64,000 nucleotides of DNA from Pelomyxa schiedti (lineage: Eukaryota > Protista > Evosea), in NCBI GenBank assembly GCA_020536535.1, contig JAHLWZ010000173.1, positions 9,980 to 73,979 of the forward strand, read 5' to 3'. Positions 26,084-38,737 of the stretch are shown one piece after another (positions within the stretch are counted from its first letter, which is position 1; the number at the start of each line of letters is the position of its first letter). A program made the translations under genes and the position numbers. The notes under the pieces are model-generated. The model was not told the origin of the DNA, did not search any database, and saw only the letters and a list, made by a program, of their open reading frames with translations.

Positions 26084-28314
26084 CTAAGGGGCGTTGTTTG
26101 GGGTGGGGATTGCTTGCTGTTGTCTGTTTATGTGTATTTGACACAGTTCTATCTTCGCTGTTTCAGTGTCCTTGTCAGAATAACCAAGTAGTCTGGTGAA
26201 GTACGACTCCGCGTCGTCTAGATTGCCATGTGCCTTGGCCCATGTGCCCAAAAACATCAGGTCCTCGGCAACCTCTGGACCTCCGACCTGAACCCAGTGT
26301 GAGTATGTATCCATAGTAGTCCTTGGGAGCCAAAAAAAGCAAACCTTCTCCGCATCTCTGCGTGCAAGGTCCGCTCTATAATACTCAAATGCCTGAGCTG
26401 CATCCCCTTTTTTGTTGTGCAGGCCAGCCAGCCTGTGCAAAGTTGATGAAACGCCGGTTGGTGCTTCGAGTGTGTTGGCGCGAGTAAAGCACTCTATTGC
26501 AGAATCCGTGTTCCCAAGAGTGCTGTAAATGTCACCCAATGCTGCCCACATCCTCTCATCGTTCGGGCGTAGAGATACAGCCTATTAAGGGTGAGAATTA
26601 CTAATGTATCCCGGTTAGACAACCTTTCGGAAGTACCACATCGCGTACAGTGGTTGTTTCAGAACTTGGTAGGTAGTTCCTAAGCCATTCCACGCCTTGA
26701 AGTCCCGCTTATTTATTTCAACCTATACCCATTTTATTGGTACTGCTTTCTGCAGAAAACGAGAAACGATACTGCTTTCCAGAAGGAAGATACTGCAGTT
26801 TGAACATCCCGGAGCAACAAGTATTCAAGCCCCATCAAAGTGTATGCTTTTTGGAACGTTGATTTGGTTGTTTGTAATGGGAGAATGACAGACACCATCA
26901 GACTTTCGGGGGTCAAACATAGCAGCACGTTGGAAGTAGGTCACTGCTCTCCTACTGTAGTCCTCAGCAAGTTGAGAGTTCGATGCCACAATTTGTCTAC
27001 CACTGAGGCTGAAATAATTTCCAACAACAATGCAGGTTTCCGACCTCTGTTTATCAGTCTCAGAGGTAGATCGGGCAAGAAGAGCAAGATGAGCCATGTC
27101 ATGCTAAGAAAAGTCAGCAAGGAAACAATCATACAATGTGAACATTAAGATAGAAAATGTGACTGTAGTCATCGACATGGTCAAGGCAAAATGGATCATC
27201 ATGATAAAGTTGCTGAAAGGCTGACATAGCCTTGTCATATTCTTCGAAAGCGTTACACAGTGGTTGATGTCTCATTTCCCCATACCTCTTAATTGGAAAT
27301 ATGCTGATGCAATCTTTGCTCTGAAAAAGCTATTGCCAGGGAATTGTTGCAACAAGCTGGAAAATGCTTCTAGTGCAGATGCATGTTGTTGGAGAATAAA
27401 TAAGCTGTATGCGTAAAATACATTCCGCATGACATGTGGTGCTATATTCGTTGCCACAAGTTGTGACACCTATTTCCTTTTAATTGAATGGAGGCTCTTT
27501 GCTTTACCTCTGATTCATCAGCACACAATTCAGCAAGATCGATCCATGCTGAGATATTCCATGGGAAGTTATTGACTGACCTCACTAGACTCTGGTCACT
27601 TATAAAAATCTTGTATTTGTAAAAAAAAAAAAAAAAGGAACCCACTTCCTTTGCTTCAGGAATAAACTGTAACTCTCTTGTGACAATTCCCAGGATCCAG
27701 TCACAGAAGGCATTAGGTTTGAGGCCTCTACCAGCCCCAGTGGTAATTTTCTCCCGTATCACGAGAAGTGATGCATTGCGATGTGAAGAAGGCCTCATAC
27801 TGTCGAGACCTGGTCCCCCTGGTCCTTCTATTCCTAGTTAGAGGAAGTTGTTTTGAAGTAGGAACAACTGTCAGAAGAATCCTCACTGTACCGTTTCTCA
27901 ATGGCCTTCAGATTAATTAGACAGGAAAACTGTAAAAGAAAACCAAAAATCGCACCAAGAAATCAGAATAGACGTGAAGAAAAAGTTCGTCGGCATTCGT
28001 GGGATCGGACAAAACCCAAGAAGCACGAGCAAACTCCCCAACATCAAAAAGTGACTTGGCTCGCGTGTATCTTGCACTAAACCCATAATTCGCAACCCCG
28101 CCAGGCGTAGTCGTCGAGGTACTTTTTCCTTCTTCGCCAACACCACCGCAACAGCACATCAACCCAGTGAGCCTGTGCTCTATCTTCAAAACAAAAGAAA
28201 AAAAAGGTCAAAACACAGAAACGAAAACGGGTCATGGGACACTAATTACCAGGAACACGACTTCGGCAGCCCACGATCTGACAGCTGTCTCACCGCGACC
28301 GCGATTTCCTCCAT
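26084..28314 (-). CDS. CDC23: anaphase-promoting complex subunit 8 (TPR)
   Basis: MEEIAVAVRQLSDRGLPKSCSW; AKSLFDVGEFARA; FPWNISAWIDL; RSETCIVVGNYFSL; AYTLMGLEY; VEINKRDFKAWNGLG; RPNDERMWAALG. Confidence 0.92.
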
Positions 28315-28385
28315 CACAATAAGTCACTAAAAATTGGAGATTCTCGTCTTCCTAGAATATGCTTTTTTGTTTTGATCGGAGTCGT

Positions 28386-30575
28386 TCAGTGGCCTAGCTT
28401 TGCCCAGAGGGAAGAGCGAGTGAGAATGAACTTGCGGAACCATAATAGGGTTTCGCGAGTTGGTGCCGAGGACGGCGGCAAGTCGTGGAAGATCTCTGCC
28501 AGTACTTCCTGTGACAGGCCACGGTTCCTCATTGCATATTCCAGGTGAACCGGCGTTGTCAATAGGCCGCCTATTAGGTTCCCGGTTGTGAGAAGGTTCT
28601 CACCTGTTACCTCTGGGAACACCTTCAGCAGCATCTTCCACATTGGAAACGAGATGTCTCCAGTCTTGCTGACCTGTTTTGTTTTGTTTTGTTTGTGTGG
28701 TAAATGGGGGTCTGGGAGTGGGTAGAAAACCTCAGCCAAATTGACATGAAAGTGGTGAATGAACCACTCGGCGCATCTCGTTTTTCCAGATTCCATAAGC
28801 TTAGAAAGTATCACACCCTTATTGACAAGCTGCTCAGTAATATGAAACTCATGAATCAGCCGCTTGAGGACTTTGCTGCAACAGAAGTCTTGTTCGCAGA
28901 TGTGAATGCGAAAGGAGACCTCCCCAGGAGTTAGACCCCCATGCGAAACAATCTGGGTAAGAAGGGGGCTCCAGCCACCTTGATCATCAAGTGCGGTCGC
29001 CAGTGCTTTCAACCACTGCCTCTTGATTTGCTCGCTTTGTGCTGGGAAAGCGAAGAGGTTCAACAAGAAAGCCAAGACAGAGTAGGTTGATGCACAAAGC
29101 GCCTTCGCAACAGTGACCTCCTTGATGATGCTCACGGGGATGTGCCGGAAGAACCACTTGATTCCTCTTACATCGCCGTAGTTGTAGTAGCCGCGGCACA
29201 GCGTTAGCAGAGCGGAATTTGCCTGTTCCGTGTCAGCTCCAACATTCTTTTCCATCACACTAAAGGTAGATTCTAACCAGTTAGCAACTGTGATGTTACA
29301 ACGCGTCAGTGCCTTTATAAGGGCTTCCTTCCTGTGGGCTGGCGTAAGATTTACTACCCTTGAAAGCACCTTCACGCAGTTCAAGTCATCTTTGAAGTTC
29401 CCGCAGGCTTCAACAAATGTGTCAGGTTTGATTGATATAGGGAAATGCTCAACAACCCACTCAACAGATTCCAGGCCCTCAACCTCTCTCCACCACCACC
29501 TGATACTTCCCGTCAGTTGTACACCTTGAGTATCCAACAGCCACTTTAGTGATTCCACGCTCGAAGTGTTGTCAGTAACTGTTTGCAGCGCCGGCTGATC
29601 AAAGTGGAAGTAGGATTTGAGCCACTGGAACGCCTCGATTCTTTCCCTCAGAGTCAGGCCGCGGTTGCTCAACACGCCCCAAGCAAACACCATCGGCGAG
29701 GAGGTCTCAGAGGAAGCTCCCCACTTCCACCCCTCTGGGAACAGCCCGACCAGCCACTTGATCATCTCCAGGTTGCCGCCAAACGAGAAGCCGCAGGGGT
29801 AGTCGAAGCCCAGGGTGTTGAAGGCCCAGCCGACGCCGAAGGAGCCCCACATCCACTGGGCCACGTCCAGCCGGCCCGCCGCGACCGCGGCCGCGAAGGG
29901 CGCCGCGAGGTCCCAGTTGTCGCGCAGGCGGAAGCGCGAGGCGACCCACTTGGCGGTCTCGAGGTGGCCGGCGCGGCACGCCTCGGAGAGCAGCGTGTCG
30001 TCGTGGTCGCGGTACTGCCCGACGTCGACCGCGCGGACCTCGTCCCGCAGGTCGTTCTCGCCCGCGGGCCACGCCAGCCCCGCGGCCCGCGCCCAGGACG
30101 GCTCGCCCGGGCCGCCGTCGACGAGCTGCTGGGCCATGGCCAGGTGGCCGCCGCCGCAGAGGCCCCAGAGGACGCTGAGGCACTCGCGGGTGCCCCCGCT
30201 GCCGTCGTGGGAGCGGTGGCGCAGGATCCAGCGGACGCACGAGGCGCTGCCGGCCAGCGCGGCGCAGCGGAGGTCGAAGTGGTGCGAGTGCACCTCCTCG
30301 TAGGCGGCCCTTGGGCGCGGCACCACGTGGGGCGCGGCGGCCACGCCGCGGCACACCAGCGCCACGAGGGGGAACAGCGCCTCGGCCACGCCGAACGCCC
30401 ACACGACGCCGGCGCGGTCCAGGAGCTCGGTGCTGCTGGTGAGCACCGGCTCGACGGCGTACTCCCACGCGACGCGCGATAGGGAGAGAATGGCGGCGGT
30501 CTGCCGTTGCCTGCACAAATTTGAGCCTGTTGCAGCGCTCGCCGCCCTGTCGGCGTTCTGTGCCTCCTGATGCAT
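28386..30575 (-). CDS. intronless degenerate ankyrin-repeat-like protein
   Basis: About 729-aa ORF with repeats LCGGGHLAMAQQL, ACRAGHLETAKWV, AVAAGRLDVAQWM, GNLEMIKWL, ALTRCNITVANWL. Confidence 0.8.
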   Translation of the reverse strand: MHQEAQNADRAASAATGSNLCRQRQTAAILSLSRVAWEYAVEPVLTSSTELLDRAGVVWAFGVAEALFPLVALVCRGVAAAPHVVPRPRAAYEEVHSHHFDLRCAALAGSASCVRWILRHRSHDGSGGTRECLSVLWGLCGGGHLAMAQQLVDGGPGEPSWARAAGLAWPAGENDLRDEVRAVDVGQYRDHDDTLLSEACRAGHLETAKWVASRFRLRDNWDLAAPFAAAVAAGRLDVAQWMWGSFGVGWAFNTLGFDYPCGFSFGGNLEMIKWLVGLFPEGWKWGASSETSSPMVFAWGVLSNRGLTLRERIEAFQWLKSYFHFDQPALQTVTDNTSSVESLKWLLDTQGVQLTGSIRWWWREVEGLESVEWVVEHFPISIKPDTFVEACGNFKDDLNCVKVLSRVVNLTPAHRKEALIKALTRCNITVANWLESTFSVMEKNVGADTEQANSALLTLCRGYYNYGDVRGIKWFFRHIPVSIIKEVTVAKALCASTYSVLAFLLNLFAFPAQSEQIKRQWLKALATALDDQGGWSPLLTQIVSHGGLTPGEVSFRIHICEQDFCCSKVLKRLIHEFHITEQLVNKGVILSKLMESGKTRCAEWFIHHFHVNLAEVFYPLPDPHLPHKQNKTKQVSKTGDISFPMWKMLLKVFPEVTGENLLTTGNLIGGLLTTPVHLEYAMRNRGLSQEVLAEIFHDLPPSSAPTRETLLWFRKFILTRSSLWAKLGH

Positions 30576-30681
30576 CACTTTCTTGTAACGACTTCTCTTG
30601 GGGAAAAAAAAAAAGTGCTTCAATCTAATCAATGTTGTGGGGTGTTGTTCACCCCCAGACCAAGCTTAGGCAACCCCACAT

Positions 30682-31334
30682 TTATTGCTTCCGCTCCAGC
30701 TCCCGCACCCAAACGATCATCTCATTGTGGGGAGGTTCCACTACAACATACGACGTGCCATCAGACCTACGCCAATCGTCAACAGCCATGCTGGCCGCAG
30801 GCCTGAACCCCAGCCTCCCCCCGCAAGTCTTGGCAGTGAACCCGCTCACAGTCAGCACGACGGCGTGCGAGAATCCCATTTTCCCGGCCGCGTCCAGGCT
30901 GGCCACCGTCATTGCGTGATACAGCCCCCTCGATGCATATTCCCTGTCGACCCCAGCACAGAGCAAATCCACAACCACCCCGCGCTCCTCCAAATTCGTC
31001 ACCCCGAGGTGCCGAATCCCCTTGGCCTCCAGAGCCTCGCACATGGGAGCGAATTCAGCCCAGTCACCCATTGGGACCGGACTCACCCACGGCCTCGTGT
31101 GGATAGCGGCCATGTCGATGGTGATCCGGGCACCCACGAGCCTGTTGCCGTCCAGTGCCACCGTCGACAGGGCCTGGCACGTGGGGTCCTGGAGCTCCCA
31201 CTCGACCTGCTGGGCCAGATGTGCCGCAGCGTTGGGGATTCTGTGGCGTTGTGGTCTCCGAAAGCCTGCTGAATGAGTTGGGCTACTTGGTGGTGGTCCA
31301 CTGTTGTATCCCTGATGGGGAGAACACGCAGCAT
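30682..31334 (-). pseudogene. GNAT acetyltransferase (AANAT-like) with an apparent frameshift
   Basis: N-terminal MLRVLPIRDT..QVAQLIQQAF in one frame; LSTVALDGNRLVGARI...LLCAGVDREYASRGLY...TAKTCGGRLGF in another frame; no GT-AG intron restores the frame. Confidence 0.65.
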
Positions 31335-31591
31335 TTGTGTGTAGTTTTGGTGTTTGTTGGCAAGACTCCCGGTTTGGGATTCATGATGGTGCTCATGGGG
31401 CGTCTGAGAAAATGACAACATTGAAATTGGAAATGACTTGAAAACCAAGGTACAATCTCGGAACTACGGCCGGCTACTCCATCAATTCATCACACCACCC
31501 TTGAAGGAGCGATTATCCCTTTGCAACACCATTTTAAAGAAATTGAACCAAAACTCTTTTTTTTTATTATTCTATTTTTATCCAGGGATGT

Positions 31592-32867
31592 TCAAGCCAG
31601 TTCGCCACAATCCTTTTATTATTGTTGGGATGGTTCAATGAATGACGGTATAGTACCTTGATTACAACAGTCTTTGATGGTTTGCCATCAGGAGTACCCA
31701 CAGCTTCCATCTTACTAACAACTTCTATTCCCTCCAAAACTTTTCCAAAAACAACCTAAATTTGTTATATAAAGTGTGGAGAAAATAGCATCTCTCATAC
31801 ATGGCGTCCATCAAGGTGAGGGGTAGCCACTGTGGTAATGAAAAACTGGCTTCCTTGAATGGCGTTGATTGGGGTGACAAATATATTTCTACTTACACAC
31901 CATTGGTATTTGGGCCGCTATTTGCCATAGATAGCATTCCTGGTTCTGCATGCTTGATTCCAAATTTCTCGTCGTCAAATTTGGCGCCGTAGATGGACTC
32001 ACCCCCTGAAGAAAGATTATTAAAAGAAGTGGCGAAGGTGTACACAGAACCTGTGCCATCGCCAGCTGTAAAATCTCCTCCCTGGCACATAAACTTCGGG
32101 ATTATCCTGTGGAATGAGCAATCCTATTTAAAGTTATTTTAACTTGAATTCCTGATGGGTTATGTTGTCATCTGCCCTTACCTTGTAGTGAAGGGGTTTC
32201 CCAGAGTTACCTACTCCGTGATCACCTTTGCACAATGCCCTGAAGTTCTCTGTTGTCTAGGAAAGTGAGCGCACTGGCAAATAAGGAGCCCACTAACCTT
32301 TGGTACATGTCTTCCAAAGAGGCCAATGACAATTCTCTCCGGTGCCTCGTCTCCAATGGAAATGTCCATGAAACACCGCGATGTAATTGTTGTATCGGCT
32401 GGAAGGTTTTCCTTGGAAAGGGCATATTCCCAGGTTTTGTAGGTAGTTTTTTTTGGAAGAACGACTAGAAGAATAATACTAGTTGGCCATAATAGGTTTG
32501 AAAGAGAGAGCACACCTTCAACGCAACGCTTTCCTTTGTCAGTCGAGATTTCCCAAAATACATCGTCAATTACAACCGGATTTGTTATAGTGTCTTGTAC
32601 TATGGGTGTTTGTCCCTTTATCCCAACCACTACAAGAAATCAGAAAAATAAAAATTATAGGGAAAAAAAGGGGGAAGGGAAATAAAAAAAAAACCCAAGG
32701 TTACAAATGAAGGGGTATAACTAGTGAAATAAAGGGAAACAAGAACCTAATTTTCCTCCAGAGCAAATGAAATGAATGTCACGCGATTTTGCGGCATCAG
32801 GAATGGGAATGAAAATTCGAACTTCATCATTGTCTTGCTCCCAACGGTACGCGCTTGTCTCACCCAT
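31592..32867 (-). CDS. cyclophilin-type PPIase with N-terminal CS (p23/NudC-like) domain
   Basis: [17 protein letters not shown]...DDVFWEI (CS); [59 protein letters not shown]. Confidence 0.93.
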
Positions 32868-33019
32868 CTCGCAACAACAAAAAAAAAGGGCCTTCTCGCT
32901 TTGGGTTTTTTTTTTTTTTTTTTGGGAATATTCGTTTTTGATCGTGGGTGTCGCTTTAAAGGGCGTTTTTGTAGATCTTCCCACGGAAATTCCGCAAATT
33001 TTTGATGACATTTAGAGGA

Positions 33020-33536
33020 CTAGCCATAGAGGAGGCGGAAGAGGTCGTTGAGGATAAAATAGGATCCAGTACTAGTGGGAGCGAGAGTGAAGACCTGACT
33101 GAATTTGAGGGGGTTGTCTTGGTCGACCTGCAAGATTGCATGGGATTAGAATCTATTAGAGGGGATGAGATTGGGAGTCTACCGAGAGGTGGCCAGCAAC
33201 ACAGACCAAAATGACACCTGTGGGGACTGGTTGCACGTCCGTGGAGGCTACGGCGTGTTGCACGTTGGAGGAAAATCCCATAAGTTTGTTGTGGATCGCA
33301 TCGACACCTTGGAACCGTTGCCCCTCCCACGTGAGCATCGACTGCGGTTGCTGTACAGCACCCAACAACGCAATCAATAAGTTCGGTGCATGAAAAGGGG
33401 CGGAAAAAAAAAGCCACTCAGAGAATCAATCAGTACGCACGTATAGGGCTCTTAGATTGACTCGGTTGCCATCAAATGTATTGTAATAATGCTGCACGAA
33501 TGCCTTCCCGACACCCTCGACATCAACTGTAGCCAT
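33020..33536 (-). CDS. NTF2: nuclear transport factor 2
   Basis: VGKAFVQHYYNTFDGNRVNLRALY|QPQSMLTWEG...KFSQVFTL...YFILNDLFRLLYG*; two introns. Confidence 0.95.
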
Positions 33537-33705
33537 TTGTCTACCACCACCAATTATTAATAAAAAGGAAGAAAGAAAAAATTGACATCACGAATTCCCT
33601 GCCTGATTGGCAGGAACTACCCATGCCGAGGAACTTCCCATTTCCGTATTAACTCAAGATCTTCTTTGTTGGTGGCAGAGTTTGTGGGTCAGAAATCTCC
33701 TCGCC

Positions 33706-35544
33706 ATGAAGCCTGTCGGCCTGGCCACTGTAACCAGATTCTGCGAGTCATCGACCGATGTGGTGGCCGTTCGTTGTATTCGGTAAGGGATGATGCGCGA
33801 GGTTTTTGTTTCCACCGACCATATCACATGACAGGGGCAGTGTGCGTTGGACTGCTTGCAGTCGCACAGACTGCGGAAGTTCAACGGCTCGTGCAAATGG
33901 CAGAGCCCGTGCCCACAGGCGAAAAGGCGGAATTGGCTGATGAGGTCCTCCGAAATGAGCAATATTTACGGAAATACTTCAACCAGGAGGTTGTACTGGA
34001 TGCCTCAATTTCGACCTGACTTTATGCTAATCGCTCTTTACGAGCAGGACTTGGAACTATTGACCAAGTTTCATGCAAAGAAATTGGCTTCTGCTACAAC
34101 TACTGTGTTACGCCAAGGCAGATTGACAATTTTGGGTATGAAGCCAGTACTAGTACTGTAGCGTAGCTTACAATGTTCAAGTTAACAACGAGGACGTGGA
34201 TGGAGACCAGGGCAGACAGAGAGAAGGTATATTGCTTGACATAGGAGCTTCAGCAGAACACCACGTCGCATTTCAGTCAATCTTGCATGACCACAACTCC
34301 GAGCTTGCTGCTGTACGGGAGATCCTTGGAGAAATGCCTTACGAGTTGCTCGAGTTCAGATCCTATTTGTTACTCATGTCGCAATTATTAGAACGAAGAA
34401 TCTCCATTTACATGGACTGGATAATATCGTCATACGGGGATTTTCTCAACTTCTTCTTGCGTACCTGAGGTATGAGATAACTTACACTTTTTCCTAGCCC
34501 CATTTGTAACTACTGTAGTGGTCCCACAAACTTTTTGGACCCATGGGGAGATCAGGTACCTGGGACTTTAGAGAGATGGTTGTTTCTAACAAGTCAATTT
34601 CTAGAAAGAAGATATTGTGGAGCTACTGAAGACCTCAGCCTATGTCTCAAACTACTGGTCAAAGCTTGTTACTTCCAAACATGTTTGTACCTATTTTAGA
34701 ATGCTAGGTTTTATTTATTACATGCCTCAGGAAGTATGGGCCGATTTTGATGAGCTTGTATATGGTCTTCTAGATTTACAGTTTGACCGTATTTCCACGT
34801 TGCCTCCTACATAGAGTTAACAGTGCACAGTTAAGAAGGAGCTTAAGGATATTGGGGGTTACTCCGACTCCGAACAGTGGTTCAAATTAATGAAAGTTTG
34901 TATTGTTACGCCTTATCACCTCTAACGTTATGAATAGAAGCTTCTTTATCTCATGATAGACGAGATCAAAGTAACCGAGACGGTTGATCTTGTCTCAGTT
35001 CAAGTAACCGGTTGCATTATCCATAATTTTTGAACTTAATGGATGCAGGAATGGATTGAAAGCCTGGCTATCGACAACCCATCACTTGCCCTGAATTTGT
35101 GGGTAAAAGCATTTGACTATTTTGACATAACCTTCTATCAAACTCTCTTATCCACTACAATTGTTGAGGTACATTTCCCTCATTACAATATGTCCGTGTG
35201 CAAGAGTGTTGTTGTGTAGAGAAGCAAACACATAAGAAAGCCAGATTTTGCGCAAAATAGAGCCGGAGCCCTTGATCGCCGTTCTTGGGCCAGTACAAGG
35301 TTCTTACATCTGCCAGACCTTATCCAATCGATACCCTGATACTTTGTATGGATTAATTCGGCCTCCATGTAAATTCACTCTATACAGCACCCACAACTGG
35401 GAAGTTGTGCTTCTTGAAATTTTTGAGTGTGACGTTCTTGGAATGCAGGCGTCATGCAAAGTACGTTTACACCCACAATCAAAGCAAGGTCTAACAACAA
35501 TCTACCAGGATCACGAACCCATTAGACTCCAGTGGGAAGTTTAG
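33706..35544 (+). CDS. hypothetical multi-exon alpha-helical protein
   Basis: Series of open exons separated by 35-50 nt GT-AG gaps; no family recognised; ends approximate. Confidence 0.55.
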
Positions 35545-35787
35545 AGTCCGTTTGCACCAGCAAGAGCTGTGCCTGACAGGTGTCTGTTCACCATAAACAA
35601 GATGTGTGTTTGAAACATTCAAATCAGAACCAAACGTAGGATTATTCCTCTATGTGCACGTGTTGGTGTATCGTTTTCCTGGAGCTGAAACCAATGCAGA
35701 GATCTCTCCACCTCTTCGCGTGATCAAACGAAACAGCAAGAAGGAAAAAAAAAAAACCAGTAACAAGCAGGAAGAAGAAAAAGAAAA

Positions 35788-38453
35788 ATGTTTGGGGCGG
35801 GTGATGACGACAAAGTGCTCCAGGCACGAGCAGGAGCTCAGTCCAAGCGAGTGGACTACGAGGCAGAGAGAAAGTTCGTGGTTTCTCTCTTTGTTGTTTG
35901 TTTTGTGGGCGATCGGTTTTCTTTTTTTTTTTTCCTTTTTCTTTTTTTGCCCACAAAACAAAAAGGTTGGCTGAAATTCTAGAGCTGTTCCTGAGTGGTG
36001 GATATTTCCGAGCTCGTGTTAATGGCATATCTCCATTTGATAAAGTTAGTTGCTACATCGTTGCTTTTACGGTCCTAAACTTGTTAGATTCTTGGAGGTC
36101 TTGCATGGGCTATCAGTGCTTGCAACCAAGACGTCGACTTGGATATTTTCCAGGAGAATGCTCCTCTTGGTGTTAAATTGTATCTAATGTTACTTTTGAG
36201 ATTTTGCTAACGCAGCTCAGACGGCTTGGAGAAAATATTGTAAGGGCCTTGGTCCGCATGAAGTGTCCACACCAACTTCAGACCTTTCAGATCAAAGGTC
36301 TTGATTACATCAACATTTTCCCTGTAGTTCAATGGATCATTAAAAAGGTTTGATTGTACCTATCCCAGCTTTGTCTTAGCAATGTGCACAGGTAATGGAA
36401 GCGAGAGCTCAAACTGGTGATATTTTTAGACAGTTCTCAGAATCACAATTCAGGAAGAGTTTTGCTTCCCCCACTGATACAACCCTCAAGCCAACACGGA
36501 AGGTTGGCCACCAGCAATGAAATCATGTTAATTTCTATATTAGGCTTCTACTGTGTTTATTCAAGGAATTCGCGCCAAAAATAAGCCAACTCGTAAATTC
36601 CGTCGTACTAAAAAAGTGGCCCCCACACCGCAAACAACCCTACTTGAGTATGGTCATATGAAAACTAGGGTACATGGGCCAACTTTTATTTAAAATCTAA
36701 TTTTTCTTTCACAGGAAACTCGAAGGGCCGATGATGAGGAATCCGCTGAAGAGGGGTAAAGCAAGAAAAAGTCCCAACTCGCCCATTTTCACCTTATTAC
36801 ATTAGGCAGAACAGGTCCCAGGAAGAAGAGCAGATTCAAGAGGCTATGAATTCCCTCAGCTCGATAGAGGGCAGTGGGGACAAGGTTGGTGGAAGTGTGG
36901 CTGCCTCTTACATACAAATGTCGGGAGACTTACGGGAAGTACGTACTTTTGTAGGTTAAATCAAGATGTAATCTTGTTTAGGCGGCAACGGAATTTGCCA
37001 AAGCAGATGTTGTTACTGGAGCAGGCCAGGTCATTTCAAGTTTCAAAATGCAGTAAAAATTCTAACAAAAAATGCAGAAAAAAATTGAGGAGAAGTTAGT
37101 GGCTTCCAAAACTGCTCAAATACAAAAAGCCATACAACTAAAAACCAAGTACAAGAATACAATTTCCCTTTTTAATCTTTAATATGAACATGAATGCAGG
37201 CAATTAGCGGCCTTGAAAGAAACGCAGGCAGCGAAAGATGCTGAGCTACAACAACTTCAGGTCTTGTGTACCCTTAGAAAGACAAACAAGACCCATTAAC
37301 CTTTACACAGGCACAACTCATTAAGAAACTGAGACTGAACAAGCGGATTCAAATCGAAATCCAGAAATTAGAACAAATGGAAACTCCTGAGGTTAGCTCT
37401 CCTTAACAGCCCGTTTCTCACATTTCATCAGAACTCTGCCCAACTGAAAAAATTGAAAGAACTCATCGAGATCCAAGAAACCCTCAAGATACAAGAAGGA
37501 AAATTCCGAGCAAACTGCAAACGTCAAATGCAGCAGCTTAAGGATGAAATTGAACGTGCTCGAAAATCCAAGTAAAGCACGCTTTCGTTGTACTGAAAAC
37601 TGACCACATGAAACCATCAGCTATGGTGACGAAGAGGATGTAGAGAGAATGGCCTTGATTGCAGAAACCTGGACACAAGCCTCAACGAAGTTAATGAAAC
37701 TTAAGCAACTTTCAGCAAAGAAGTCCAGAGTTCGTTAGAGTCTTCCGCAAATTGAACTAAGGAAACACCCAGGACATTGGAATGACTGAGAGAAAGATTG
37801 ATGAAGTTCCAAGTAGGCTGGAATTAACAATGTACCAAAGACAATTCGTTGAACTGTATGATCAGGTACCGTTCCTCATGAAAAGATGCACTACTCACCT
37901 GTGACAGGTGTCTGTCAAACTGGCCGAGACCAAACGTTACTACACCACCTATAACACCCTGGTGGACTCTATTAAATGTTATACAAAGGTTGCGAAACGT
38001 CACTTTTTTTTGTTCTCAAATGGTTAAAGGAAGTGGAAATTCTGGAGCACATACAAGCCAACTACACCGAACTGATGAAAACTAAGACTTCACGGGAAAA
38101 ATTCATCGAATCCATGGCGTCGATTATCAAGCAAGTCACTACACAAATTGAGGACGTATGTATTTGCTTGTTACGCCGAGCTCTGCCAACGTGAACCTAA
38201 CCAACCCCAAGAGAACTGCCAAACTTGCGGCGGAGAAGGACCACAACTCGAAGCTCACAGAAACACTCAAACAGCTCACAGAAAAGGAGAGGAACTTCTA
38301 CAAAGCAACACGGGAATTCCAAGAGGTTACCACAGCACTCCACTCTCACTTTGCTTGAACTTACCCTTACAAACAGGAGTGTGCCACCAACGATAAACTA
38401 GAAGAAGAACTCGCCGCGGCAGCCAAATCACATGCCACATCCGAGGATTCCTG
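35788..38453 (+). CDS. CCDC93: coiled-coil domain-containing protein 93 (CCC/Commander complex)
   Basis: [23 protein letters not shown]|ILGGLAW; [40 protein letters not shown]; [23 protein letters not shown]. Confidence 0.95.
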
Positions 38454-38737
38454 AAACCAAACCAACCATTTGTATCACCCAAAAACCAAATTCCAACCTG
38501 AATGCATACTCCATAGAACCTAACAAATAACAAAGTGGTTTCGTACCCCCAAATTTATTGTGTGACAGTCACCTCACCGAGAATGTTCCTTTTTGTGAAA
38601 AGCCAAATTTCATCTGTGATGGCTGCCCCAGACCTGCATCACCGAAGAACCCGAAACAACAACACCAATTAATGAATTTAAAAAAAATCAAAAAAATCAA
38701 AATTTTTGTTTGGGCACCGAAAAACCAATAAACGAGG

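Noticed and set aside
29583-30516. Long overlapping ORFs in GC-rich blocks (also 50342-51367, 53639-54397, 1446-2207)
   Set aside because: Shadow ORFs caused by stop-codon scarcity at high GC3; Arg/Pro/Gly-rich translations with no domain.
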